DNA of 64,000 nt, taken from NCBI GenBank assembly GCA_030693205.1, contig JAUYBG010000011.1, positions 56,793 to 120,792 on the forward strand. The letters run 5' to 3'. Source of the stretch: a bacterium. Lineage in GTDB: Bacteria > Patescibacteriota > Minisyncoccia > JAHIHE01. Positions 1 through 8,227 of the stretch are shown in pieces; positions within the stretch are counted from its first letter, which is position 1, and the number at the start of each line of letters is the position of its first letter. The translations under genes were made by a program, and so were the position numbers. Below the pieces are notes generated by a model. That model did not search any database. It had not been told where the DNA came from and worked only from the letters and a program-made list of their open reading frames with translations.

Positions 1-81
1 TGCAGTAAGCATCAAAGAAAGATTGCCACGGCGGTCAAAAGAGCCAGAACCATGGCGCTCTTATCGCCTTCCTATAAGTAA
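1..81 (+). CDS. possible 3' end (last ~26 codons) of an unidentified plus-strand CDS entering from upstream; frame 1 ends with TAA at 79-81
   Basis: Open frame from position 1 to a TAA, followed at ~98-120 by a GC-rich hairpin (AACCCTCC..GGAGGGTT) and a T-run. No recognisable family. Confidence 0.2.
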   Translation, partial: CSKHQRKIATAVKRARTMALLSPSYK

Positions 82-97
82 AAAGTACATACTAAAT

Positions 98-130
98 AAC
101 CCTCCTGGAAATGGAGGGTTATTTTTAATC
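98..130. terminator. hairpin AACCCTCC-N7-GGAGGGTT flanked by T/A runs, downstream of recA (and of the possible plus-strand fragment)
   Basis: 8-bp GC-rich stem followed by ATTTTTAAT on the plus strand and TTATTT on the minus strand. Confidence 0.55.
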
Positions 131-140
131 TTATTTTCTA

Positions 141-1190
141 TTATTTTGCCGCAAGCGCTATTTTCGCTTTTATCTGTTTCTGGATCTCCGGAGCTACTTT
201 CGGATTCTCTTCCAAATATTTCTTGCTCGCTTCCATTCCCTGTCCCATTTTTTGTCCGTCAAAGGAGAACCAAGTGCCGGCTTTCTGGACTACGCCATAT
301 TTAACTCCGGTAACGATCAAATCGGACAACCTGGAAATTCCCTGGTTGTAAATAATATCGAATTCCGCTATCTGAAAAGGAGGAGCGACTTTATTTTTCA
401 CGATTTTGGCGATCGTGTGATTTCCTATGACCCGATCCCCTTCCTTGATCTGCTCTTTTCTCCTGACATCAATTCTGACTGAAGCGTAGAATTTCAGCGC
501 ATTGCCTCCGGTCGTCGTTTCCGGATTGCCGAACATCACGCCTATTTTCATTCTCAATTGATTGATAAAAATAACCGTGGTATTGGTCCGAGAAATTGCT
601 CCGGTTAATTTTCTCAAAGCCTGGCTCATTAGCCGCGCCTGAAGACCCATATGGGAATCTCCCATCTCGCCTTCAATTTCCGCTTTCGGAGTCAAAGCCG
701 CCACCGAATCAACCACGATCACATCAATACTGTTCGAACGCACCAGCGCTTCAACTATTTCCAAAGCCTGCTCGCCATTATCAGGCTGAGAAATAAACAA
801 ATCATTTATTTTTACACCGATTTTTTTCGCGTATTCCGGATCAAGCGCATGCTCAGCGTCGATAAAAGCCGCCAAACCGCCGCGTTTTTGAGCCTCAGAC
901 ACAATATGGAGAGCTAAGGTAGTTTTACCGCTGGATTCTGGGCCAAAAATTTCAATCACCCTTCCTTTAGGCACTCCGCCTATCCCCAAAGCGATATCAA
1001 GAGAGATCGATCCGGTAGGGATCGCTTCCACGTTCATTTTCCGCGCTTCCCCCAATTTCATAATAGATCCTTCCCCGAATCTTTTCCTGATATCTTCCGC
1101 CGCTGTTTCAGCCAGCTTATTTTTGGGATTTGTCTCCACTTTTGCCTTTTTTACATCCTTCTCCTTTTCCTTTTCTTTAACTATGACCAT
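141..1190 (-). CDS. recA: recombinase RecA
   Basis: Translation carries the Walker [13 protein letters not shown] and the IDAEHALDP segment with full-length RecA architecture. A lysine/glutamate-rich N-terminal extension is present. Confidence 0.97.
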   Translation of the reverse strand: MVIVKEKEKEKDVKKAKVETNPKNKLAETAAEDIRKRFGEGSIMKLGEARKMNVEAIPTGSISLDIALGIGGVPKGRVIEIFGPESSGKTTLALHIVSEAQKRGGLAAFIDAEHALDPEYAKKIGVKINDLFISQPDNGEQALEIVEALVRSNSIDVIVVDSVAALTPKAEIEGEMGDSHMGLQARLMSQALRKLTGAISRTNTTVIFINQLRMKIGVMFGNPETTTGGNALKFYASVRIDVRRKEQIKEGDRVIGNHTIAKIVKNKVAPPFQIAEFDIIYNQGISRLSDLIVTGVKYGVVQKAGTWFSFDGQKMGQGMEASKKYLEENPKVAPEIQKQIKAKIALAAK

Positions 1191-1200
1191 GGTATTTTAA

Positions 1201-1938
1201 TTATTTTATTAAAGCTTGAGTTTGTTTGTACTGATACAATAAATTGGTTTCGGCCGCTTTTTTATTTTCTGCTTTTAAAACCACTGTCCTCGTAATTTCG
1301 CTTATTTTTTTAAATCTATTGGTTGCCGAGATCTTAATTATATTAGAACCCGGGGTCAGACTGATCTCTTCCAAGATTTTTCCGTCTTTTAGTCCTATCG
1401 CCTCTCCATTAATATAAACAACGGAATCAGGATCGCCAACCGAGCCTTTGACCAATACAGGCGTAAAATCCACAACGAGCTCGTCGGTGGGAAAATCTAT
1501 CAAAAGCTCCGGTCCTTTGAAAATCGCGCTGACCTGATAGCCGAAAAAAACCACAAAAGAAACCAAAATAATGCTTACGGCTAAAGCGGTAATGGTGCGG
1601 GGAGTGATGATAAAAGTCGGGGCATAGTTTAAATTAATGGAAGAATGATTATTTTTATCAATATTCCGCCTAATGCACTCTTCTTTTTTATAAAGCCTGA
1701 GAAAGCCCTTTACATCAACGCCGTAAAAATCGGCTATTTTTTTTAAAAAATCTTTCACATAAATTTCCGCCGGCATCTTATCAAGCCTTCCATCTTCCAA
1801 ATAAACCAAATATTTCTTGGTAATCTTGGTTTTATCGGCAAGATTATCCAAGTCTATTTTTTGGGCAGTTCTAATTTCTATTAATTTTTCGGAAAGAGTA
1901 TCAGACCCTTTCACTTTTTTTGTTGTAAACCAAGACAC
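1201..1938 (-). CDS. RodZ-like cytoskeleton protein (N-terminal XRE-type HTH, single TM, C-terminal DUF4115-like domain)
   Basis: N-terminal HTH region (LSEKLIEIRTAQKIDLDNLADKTKITKKYLVYLE), a central hydrophobic helix and a beta-rich C-terminus. The stop lies 10 nt upstream of the recA start. Confidence 0.65.
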   Translation of the reverse strand: MSWFTTKKVKGSDTLSEKLIEIRTAQKIDLDNLADKTKITKKYLVYLEDGRLDKMPAEIYVKDFLKKIADFYGVDVKGFLRLYKKEECIRRNIDKNNHSSINLNYAPTFIITPRTITALAVSIILVSFVVFFGYQVSAIFKGPELLIDFPTDELVVDFTPVLVKGSVGDPDSVVYINGEAIGLKDGKILEEISLTPGSNIIKISATNRFKKISEITRTVVLKAENKKAAETNLLYQYKQTQALIK

Positions 1939-1944
1939 GGTTAT

Positions 1945-2060
1945 TTAATTTTCAAGCACCAATTTTCAATTTTCAAAAAAACTTAAACTGTCGTTTGAAA
2001 ATTTAAAAATTGAGATTTGATTGAAAATTGAGATTTGTAAATTGAAAATTTTAAAACCAA
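1945..2060. repeat. AT-rich array of GAAAATTGA-type 8-9-mers in opposite orientations (AATTTTCAA x2-3, then TTGAAAATTGAGATTTG x2, TTGAAAATT), forming a long imperfect dyad
   Basis: Lies between the ftsK stop and the rodZ-like start. The 13-mer GATTGAAAATTGA is shared with the array at 22300-22355. Confidence 0.6.
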
Positions 2061-2076
2061 AACTTACTATTTATTT

Positions 2077-4386
2077 CTACCTTTTCTCCATATCCACTTC
2101 TCTATCGTTTCTGAATTCCGTATTCAAACCATCGCTCGCCGCGCTTTCCGCGACCAATATCGTCCGAGGCTTTGCGCCATCAGAAGGCCCTATGATCCCC
2201 TGCTCTTCCAGAAGATCAAGAAGCCTCGCCGCTCTGGCATATCCCACGCGAAAACGCCTTTGCAAAAGAGACGCTGAAGCTTTTTTTGACCTGATCACCA
2301 TTTCTTTGGCCTGCTCATAAAGCTCATCCTCTCCGGCATCATTATTGCTCAAAGAAAAATCAACACTTGAAGCCGGAGCCTTGGCAATGACGCTTTCATC
2401 GAGCATTTGCGCGCCTTCTTTGTAATTCTCTTTGAGCCATTTTACCACTTTTTTAACCTCGTTCTCGGAAACAAAACAGCCTTGCAGACGCTTAGGCTTG
2501 GCCGTACCTGTCGCCAAATAAAGCATATCCCCCCGGCCTAAAAGTTTTTCCGCGCCGCTATGATCCAAAATCGTCCTGGAATCGATCAAGCTCGCTACCC
2601 GAAAAGCGATGCGAGCCGTAATGTTGGCTTTAATCAAGCCAGTAATGACATTAACTGATGGTCTTTGGGTTGAAATAACTAAATGAATTCCCACGGCTCT
2701 CGACATTTGAGCCAAACGCACGACCGCCGCTTCCACTTCGCGGGGAAAAGTCGCCATCAGATCCGCCAATTCATCAATGATCACTACGATATAAGGCAAA
2801 GGTTCTTTATCCTCAGATTTGGAAGCGATCATTTTTTTATTATAGGAATCGATGTCGCGGCTGCCAACTTCAGCAAGCACAATATACCGCCTCTCCATTT
2901 CCGAGACCACCCATTTCAAAACCCCCACCGCTTTTTCATTCTCCACGATCACCGGCGTCAGGAGATGAGGAATACTATTATACAAAGTCAATTCCACTCT
3001 TTTCGGATCAATCATTATAAGCTTCAGGGCATCAGGAGAATTATTATAGATCAAACTCATTATCAAATTATTAACAAAGATTGTTTTTCCGCTTCCGGTA
3101 GAACCGGCGATCAATAAATGCGGCAAGCCGCCAAGATCAACCCAGTGCGGATTTCCGGAAACATCCAAACCCATCGCCACTTTAAGCGAGGCAAAATAAT
3201 CATTTTTATAAAAATTGGAAAACGTTTCCAAAAGATTCCTAAGCCGGACGATGGCGGCGGACACATTGGGAATTTCTATTCCCACCAGGGATTTACCCGG
3301 AATCGGAGCTTCGATCCTAATGGAACTCGCGGCCAGGCTTAACGCCAGATCGTTTTGCAAAGCGGTGATCTTACTAAGCTTCACTCCCACTGACGGCTTA
3401 AAAGTGTATTGGCTTACAGTCGGCCCGATAAACACTTTTCCCATTTCTACTTCAATGCCAAAGTTTGATAAAGTTTTTTCGATGATCGAAGCATTGCCGT
3501 CAATATCGCCGCTATCAGCGCTGGTAAAATCGCTTTCCAAAAGATCCAATGGGAATTTGCTCCACTGAACCATTATTCTAGCTTTTTTCTTAGCCATTTT
3601 TTCCGAATAGGCAAAACTTTCCGCGCCAATATTCTTTTCCTGCTCATTCGCTTCCCCATTTTCTTTATCTTCAAGCGATTTTATTTTAAAAGAAGGCGCC
3701 AAACCATTTTTTTTGGCGTTTTCTTTTTCAAGCGCGGAAATATTATCTCTATAATTTTCTTCCTCTACTTTCGTTCTCTTGTTTTTCTTAGTTTGAGAAA
3801 TGAAACTGTAATAGCTATAAAAAGCTTTAATATTATAAACGATCCTGCTTAAAAAAGATTCAAGGGAAATATTAAAAATAAAAAGCGTTAAAATAATAAT
3901 CGCCATTATTAATATGACGCTGGCTACCGCCGGACCGGTAAAAGAAGTTAAAATAATGGAAAAAATCAAACCAAGATAACCGCCGCCGCCATAATTTACG
4001 GCAACGGATCGGAAATCATGCGGGAAAAACAGCAGGTTTACCAAAGCTAAAAAACTCAAAAGCACTACGGTAAAAGCTATAAGCATAACCGGAGAATAAT
4101 TAAAACGCCGCATCTGGCTATTATTATCGGCGGTTTTGGCAATAAGAGAAAGTCCGCCAAGAAACAAAAATACGGGCGCCAGGATAAATAAATGCCCGAA
4201 AAGCAGCCTTATCAACGAATGAATTCTTGCGCTGAACGGATCGTTAACCCCTATCAATCCCATAATACTGATCACGCCCAAAGCAAAGAAAATAATCGCT
4301 AAAATGTTGTATTTAAGCCCTTTTGAAGCATAATTTCGCTTGGAATAATTCTGGCTATTGTTGTTTTTCCTTTTATTTCTCGCCAT
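2077..4386 (-). CDS. ftsK: DNA translocase FtsK/SpoIIIE
   Basis: Four or more N-terminal TM helices, Walker A GSTGSGKT, and a C-terminal gamma winged-helix region (LYEQAKEMVIRSKKASASLLQRRFRVGYARAARLLD). Confidence 0.95.
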   Translation of the reverse strand: MARNKRKNNNSQNYSKRNYASKGLKYNILAIIFFALGVISIMGLIGVNDPFSARIHSLIRLLFGHLFILAPVFLFLGGLSLIAKTADNNSQMRRFNYSPVMLIAFTVVLLSFLALVNLLFFPHDFRSVAVNYGGGGYLGLIFSIILTSFTGPAVASVILIMAIIILTLFIFNISLESFLSRIVYNIKAFYSYYSFISQTKKNKRTKVEEENYRDNISALEKENAKKNGLAPSFKIKSLEDKENGEANEQEKNIGAESFAYSEKMAKKKARIMVQWSKFPLDLLESDFTSADSGDIDGNASIIEKTLSNFGIEVEMGKVFIGPTVSQYTFKPSVGVKLSKITALQNDLALSLAASSIRIEAPIPGKSLVGIEIPNVSAAIVRLRNLLETFSNFYKNDYFASLKVAMGLDVSGNPHWVDLGGLPHLLIAGSTGSGKTIFVNNLIMSLIYNNSPDALKLIMIDPKRVELTLYNSIPHLLTPVIVENEKAVGVLKWVVSEMERRYIVLAEVGSRDIDSYNKKMIASKSEDKEPLPYIVVIIDELADLMATFPREVEAAVVRLAQMSRAVGIHLVISTQRPSVNVITGLIKANITARIAFRVASLIDSRTILDHSGAEKLLGRGDMLYLATGTAKPKRLQGCFVSENEVKKVVKWLKENYKEGAQMLDESVIAKAPASSVDFSLSNNDAGEDELYEQAKEMVIRSKKASASLLQRRFRVGYARAARLLDLLEEQGIIGPSDGAKPRTILVAESAASDGLNTEFRNDREVDMEKR

Positions 4387-4442
4387 AGATAGCTTTTTAA
4401 AAAACTATAAACTACCAATTATCGCCTGCTAATTGTCTTTCT

Positions 4443-4470
4443 ATTATACTACTTTTAAAGAAAAAATCAA
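4443..4470 (-). promoter_or_regulatory. sigma70-like promoter for ftsK (TTGATT-N16-TATAAT on minus strand)
   Basis: Reverse complement shows TTGATTttttctttaaaagtagTATAAT about 55 nt upstream of the ftsK ATG. Confidence 0.5.
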
Positions 4471-4481
4471 AGAAATTGGAT

Positions 4482-4510
4482 AAAAAAAGCGAATGAATAA
4501 ATCCACTCGC
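4482..4510 (-). terminator. rho-independent terminator after the radical-SAM gene, immediately followed by the ftsK promoter
   Basis: Minus-strand reading GCGAGTG-gatttatt-CATTCGC-TTTTTTT. Confidence 0.6.
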
Positions 4511-4525
4511 CTAAACGATTTTATT

Positions 4526-5593
4526 TTACAACAAAGCTTTTGGAGCAAGCAGATGAGTTACGCTCCAGACACATCCCTCGCGCTCGCAGCATTTTTTTAC
4601 TTCGGCATCGCTTTGATAGATAAAAGGCAATCTTTTGCGAATATTTGAATCCCTAAGATCAGATGTCACAAGCCTAGGAATATCCGAACCTTTTATATCG
4701 CTGCATGCTCTCAGTCGAAATGATGTTTTGCCATCTCGCAAAGATTTACCGACTTCCGAACTCACTCGCAAATATGGCAGGCCTAAACCGCCGCAATTTG
4801 CCGAATACGGTTTCGCCGAATCCTTGCAGCTTTCGATAACCATTTTCAAATAGTCTTCGGATGGAATAATTTGCTTTGGATATTCCCTTTTAAGTTTGCG
4901 AATTTCCATTATCGATCTTTCTATGGTCTTCCTGTCGTTTTTTACAGCAGCAAGTCCGACTACTGGAGAACGAAAAGTGAACTCCAAACCCGAATCATAT
5001 TTTTCCCGCTTATAAATAAGCGGGCACAAACTGAAAGATCCTCCCGTCTTTGCGACTTTAAGAGCAATTTCGGCAAGATTCGCGCCGTTTATTTTATTTA
5101 CCGCGCAATTCGCTCTTACCCAGCAATGTTCGCTAAATTCCTCAAGCGCTTTCCAGCCGGCAATGCTTTTTTTTACCATTCCCGTATCTATTCCGGCACT
5201 TAGCAATTCATCGCATTGTTCGAGCGTATAATTTATACTCACTGCCAAACCGCCTTTTTCTTGGGAAAGTTCCGGTTTGATCCTTTGCAGAGCATCGCGC
5301 GATATCGCATTAGTAAGAATGGCAAATCTTTTTATTTCTTTTTGCCGATTTAAATACTCAAGCGCCGCCGGAAGATCCCTATACAGCAAAGGTTCTCCGC
5401 CAATGAATTCCAAATTTTGGACGCCGGCGCATATCAGATCGTCTATGCAGCTAATAACAAATTCTATTTTAGGATGTTGGTAGCCTGCCGTGATTTTATT
5501 TCTAACCTGGCACCCTTCGCATTCCAAATTGCAATCGGTTATCAATTCCCATTGGCAAAATTTAAACTTGGCTTGAATATTATTTTTTTCCAT
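4526..5593 (-). CDS. radical SAM protein with C-terminal Cys-rich SPASM/twitch-like region
   Basis: N-terminal CNLECEGC (Cx3Cx2C) radical-SAM cluster motif. Additional Cys clusters near the C-terminus (CWVRANC, CGGLG, KKCCEREGC). GAGGTG ribosome-binding site 5 nt before the ATG; the stop is tightly coupled to the upstream upp-like gene. Confidence 0.8.
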   Translation of the reverse strand: MEKNNIQAKFKFCQWELITDCNLECEGCQVRNKITAGYQHPKIEFVISCIDDLICAGVQNLEFIGGEPLLYRDLPAALEYLNRQKEIKRFAILTNAISRDALQRIKPELSQEKGGLAVSINYTLEQCDELLSAGIDTGMVKKSIAGWKALEEFSEHCWVRANCAVNKINGANLAEIALKVAKTGGSFSLCPLIYKREKYDSGLEFTFRSPVVGLAAVKNDRKTIERSIMEIRKLKREYPKQIIPSEDYLKMVIESCKDSAKPYSANCGGLGLPYLRVSSEVGKSLRDGKTSFRLRACSDIKGSDIPRLVTSDLRDSNIRKRLPFIYQSDAEVKKCCEREGCVWSVTHLLAPKALL

Positions 5594-5612
5594 TAATTCA
5601 CCTCGTCATATA

Positions 5613-6269
5613 TCACAACAAATTTCCTTTACTGGTTATTCCCATCCATCTATCGCCGGCATCGCCTACGACCGGCTTGCCTGAATCAAGATAAATCACG
5701 TATCCCTTTTCATTTAAACCGATGTTTGTCCCGGTAAAACCGACAATATTTTTTACATCCGGATGGTTATCCCGAAGTGCCTTTAATCCATCCTTTGATG
5801 CAACTCCGAATATACAGGTTATATCTTTAAATCCGCGTTTTTTAAGCTCTTGGATCGTCATGATACTGCTTGTAGCAGTGGCACACATCGGATCCAGGAT
5901 TAAGACCGGCATACCGCGAGGAATTTCACGCGGCAAATTGCAGTTTAGCATTTCAGCCTGTATGGATATTTCATTCCGAAAAGTCCACACCATAAATACG
6001 GGCATCTCATACCTTAATAGCCTCTCTTTCATGGCTAGTAATCCGGCATTAGCAGCTCTCAAAATTATTACGAGCCCCACATTATCCTTATTACCGTTCA
6101 AACTCCTGAAATAGACTGATAATAATCTTTTGTATATAATTTCCCACTGCTGCCGAAATTTAGCAGTTGAAAGATTTAAGTCGGGATGCATTCTATCTAC
6201 CGCTATATTTATCTGTGCGTTCTGTACATATTCCACGTTCGGAAATTCTTCTCCGTTTATTTCTAACAA
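5613..6269 (-). CDS. uracil phosphoribosyltransferase (Upp)-family protein, divergent
   Basis: Aligns to Upp over ILRA(G)..GL.M, the PRPP loop LILDPMCATATS (Upp consensus DPMLATGGS) and the C-terminal HPDV...GY.I..GDAGDR..G. The GG-to-AT change in the PRPP loop and a short insertion make it non-canonical. The start appears to be TTG. Confidence 0.75.
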   Translation of the reverse strand: MLEINGEEFPNVEYVQNAQINIAVDRMHPDLNLSTAKFRQQWEIIYKRLLSVYFRSLNGNKDNVGLVIILRAANAGLLAMKERLLRYEMPVFMVWTFRNEISIQAEMLNCNLPREIPRGMPVLILDPMCATATSSIMTIQELKKRGFKDITCIFGVASKDGLKALRDNHPDVKNIVGFTGTNIGLNEKGYVIYLDSGKPVVGDAGDRWMGITSKGNLL

Positions 6270-6390
6270 ATTTCATCATCTCCTGTTTTTTTCAATTTTA
6301 AGAGAACAATCATATTGTCCCCCTTTATGCAAATTTGCACCTGTATAAATCTAACAGATAAGGAAAAATTGTCAAATATTCTAATTTACA

Positions 6391-6418
6391 TTGACAAATT
6401 CCACTATAAATGTAGAAT
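6391..6418 (+). promoter_or_regulatory. sigma70-like promoter for pyrI-like gene (TTGACA-N16-TAGAAT) in divergent region with upp-like operon
   Basis: Perfect -35 and good -10, ~28 nt upstream of the ATG. Flanked by the direct repeat TTGTCAAAT / TTGACAAAT. Confidence 0.55.
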
Positions 6419-6446
6419 ACGGCTAGTACATTTTTATGGAGGGCTC

Positions 6447-6929
6447 ATGCAAACAGAAGAAACAAAGGAAAAAAAGGAAGGAAGGAGAATAGCAAAAATT
6501 GAAAAAGGAACGGTCGTTGACCGCATTTCTCCGGGACACGCGCTAAAAGTCCTTGAAATTCTGGGCATTCTGTCCAACATCAGCGCAAAAGTAAGTTTCG
6601 TAATGAATATTCCAAGCTTAAAACTGGAAGGCGGAAAAAAAGACATAGTAAAGATCGAAAAACGGGAACTTACGGAAAATGAAACCGATAAAATTGCAAT
6701 AATTTCTCCCCATGCCACGATAAACATAATTAGGGATTATAAAGTGGTTGAAAAATATCAGGTTAGTTTACCGGATGAAATAATCGGCATCGTCAAATGC
6801 TCGCGGACTACCTGCATTACCAATAATCCCAAAGAAGCAGGGGGTCGTCGAAACAAAATTCGCCGTGATCGAACGAGATCCGGTCACACTGGAATGCCAC
6901 CATTGCGAGACGCAAATAAGCGGAGATGA
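6447..6929 (+). CDS. pyrI: aspartate carbamoyltransferase regulatory chain (PyrI)-like, interrupted by a frameshift at a G5 run (~6840-6844); the conserved Zn domain continues in the +1 frame to ~6954
   Basis: Translation from the ATG at ~6447 aligns to PyrI (IEKGTVVDRI.., IPSLKLEGGKKDIVKIE, LPDEIIGIVKCSRTTCITN). After KEAG the listed frame diverges, while the +1 frame reads VVETKFAVIERDPVTLECHHCETQISGDDIPKCIKC*, which is the PyrI zinc-domain C-terminus. GGAGG 4 nt upstream of the ATG; TTGACA-N16-TAGAAT promoter at ~6391-6418. Confidence 0.65.
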   Translation: MQTEETKEKKEGRRIAKIEKGTVVDRISPGHALKVLEILGILSNISAKVSFVMNIPSLKLEGGKKDIVKIEKRELTENETDKIAIISPHATINIIRDYKVVEKYQVSLPDEIIGIVKCSRTTCITNNPKEAGGRRNKIRRDRTRSGHTGMPPLRDANKRR

Positions 6930-6985
6930 TATACCAAAATGTATAAAATGTTAATTCTTGCTTTTAGCAAGAATTTTTTTATTAA

Positions 6986-7014
6986 AAATAAAAAAAGAAG
7001 GGGTTTAATCCTTC
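6986..7014 (-). terminator. rho-independent terminator after the Cys-rich small ORF (GAAGG-N8-CCTTC plus T7 on minus strand)
   Basis: Reverse complement gaaggattaaaccccttcttttttt. Confidence 0.65.
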
Positions 7015-7025
7015 AAAAATTTCTT

Positions 7026-7223
7026 TTAGTCGTTCCAAACTTTTGGATTCGGGCATTCCGGATTCGGGCATTGATTATTATTGACAAATTCTTCATAAAG
7101 AGCGATGTGTCCGCACTGCCAGCAATAATCCATTCCAGGCGGACAAATTTTACCATTCGGCACACCTCGAATTAAAACCTCTCTTGGTCTATTTAACCAC
7201 TCTAACGACTCTTCTTCCACCAT
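7026..7223 (-). CDS. small Cys-rich (putative zinc-ribbon) protein, 65 aa
   Basis: C-x6-C-x2-C...C-x4-C pattern (CPPGMDYCWQC ... CPNPEC). Strong AAGGAGGG ribosome-binding site 4 nt before the ATG, overlapping the stop of the upstream gene. Hairpin plus T-run terminator immediately downstream. Confidence 0.55.
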   Translation of the reverse strand: MVEEESLEWLNRPREVLIRGVPNGKICPPGMDYCWQCGHIALYEEFVNNNQCPNPECPNPKVWND

Positions 7224-7234
7224 TCATCCCTCCT

Positions 7235-7627
7235 TTACCTTCCGTATAATATCACTAGCCTTGTCAGCTCCTGGATAATTTCTTTTTCACCCAATTGTTC
7301 AATCGTTGGTATAAATTTTTCCGGCGACACGGTCGCAGAAGTTTTTACCAGACCATCGAGGCATGTCGCCAGATTGATTCTATTGCCATCTCCCTGTCGA
7401 AGAAAAGCACTATTGCCAGTCTGACTGCGGACTTTAACATTGCCATTGGACCAATCCCAGTGGCATTCCGCGTCTGGAAGTATTGTTATCCAAGAATATT
7501 CGCTTTCGCCGTCTTTCGCAAGAAAAACATTTTTCTTGTTTATCCTTGCCAACAATTCTCCTACCGAAGCGGTTTTACTTAATAAAATACCGCCGGGCAG
7601 CTGAATCACGTTTATTGCTTTTGCCAA
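7235..7627 (-). CDS. hypothetical protein, 130 aa
   Basis: ORF with an AGGAGG ribosome-binding site 8 nt upstream of a TTG start. Translationally coupled to the Cys-rich ORF. No recognisable family. Confidence 0.5.
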   Translation of the reverse strand: MAKAINVIQLPGGILLSKTASVGELLARINKKNVFLAKDGESEYSWITILPDAECHWDWSNGNVKVRSQTGNSAFLRQGDGNRINLATCLDGLVKTSATVSPEKFIPTIEQLGEKEIIQELTRLVILYGR

Positions 7628-7680
7628 ATTTTATTCCTCCTGTATATTTAACTATTTTAACAATCCTAACATAAGTGAGG

Positions 7681-7717
7681 GTTTTGTCAATAAAAAAGAA
7701 GGGTTTTAGTCCTTCAA
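7681..7717 (-). terminator. terminator (GAAGG-actaaaac-CCTTC plus T6) whose T-tract runs into an ATTGACAAAA -35 element for the next gene; same junction motif recurs at ~8158-8177
   Basis: cttttttattgacaaaa(c/t)cc is present twice on the minus strand, each upstream of a small gene. Confidence 0.6.
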
Positions 7718-7723
7718 TATTTT

Positions 7724-8128
7724 TTACAAATTTGGCTGGCGGTTGAATTCCATCTCGCCTGTTTCGGAAAGCTGGAAAATCTTATCCATCTGTAAATACA
7801 TGATCTGACTTATATTTATCCATTTGTCGAAAACAATCGTTTCCGGAGGCATGCCTGCGATCACTGTTTCACAATCAATAATGAACCTCCTGTCATTATT
7901 ACTCCAATTACGCGCACTAACGCTTTTGATTTGAAAAGATACGCCTTTTAGTCTTTTTGGCACAGGATTTTTACCGATTACAATTGGCTTTCCAGCTATC
8001 CATTCATATTTTTCTTTCGCGCCTTCTTTTTTACCATTAATCCGAATTATGATGTAGCCCATAATGACAACTGCTACAATCAAAACCGATTCTAAACCGC
8101 TATACATTTTATCAACTCCTTTGTTCAA
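7724..8128 (-). CDS. membrane-anchored hypothetical protein, 134 aa
   Basis: N-terminal TM helix (VLIVAVVIMGYIIIRI), AAGGAG ribosome-binding site, own promoter-like TTGACA and terminator hairpin. Confidence 0.5.
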   Translation of the reverse strand: MNKGVDKMYSGLESVLIVAVVIMGYIIIRINGKKEGAKEKYEWIAGKPIVIGKNPVPKRLKGVSFQIKSVSARNWSNNDRRFIIDCETVIAGMPPETIVFDKWINISQIMYLQMDKIFQLSETGEMEFNRQPNL

Positions 8129-8227
8129 ACTGTTTTAAAATCATATCACAATTACGGATTTTGTCAATAAAAAAGCGGCTAAGAAATTTTTCTCAAATCA
8201 CTAGTTTCACTTTTTTTTAATCATATT

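Noticed and set aside
23-917. Plus-strand ORFs 23-304, 252-482, 596-796, 651-917 listed in the track
   Set aside because: They lie antisense within the strongly supported recA gene (or span its terminator hairpin), have no recognisable motifs and show atypical composition. They are shadow ORFs.
1945-2060. Chromosomal replication origin (oriC) suggested by the AT-rich dyad repeat cluster
   Set aside because: No DnaA-box-like TTATCCACA motifs, no dnaA/dnaN nearby, and the same octamer family recurs in an ordinary 5' UTR (rpsT). A regulatory or translational repeat is more plausible.
6939-7175. Plus-strand ORF 6939-7175 (78 aa)
   Set aside because: It runs through the GAAGG..CCTTC terminator hairpin and overlaps the better-supported minus-strand Cys-rich ORF, which has a strong AAGGAGGG ribosome-binding site. 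Its translation is low complexity.
7026-7223. The 65-aa Cys-rich peptide as the RiPP precursor of the SPASM radical-SAM enzyme at 4526-5593
   Set aside because: They are on different transcription units, separated by two other genes, a divergent promoter and a terminator. Kept only as a low-probability note inside the islet finding.
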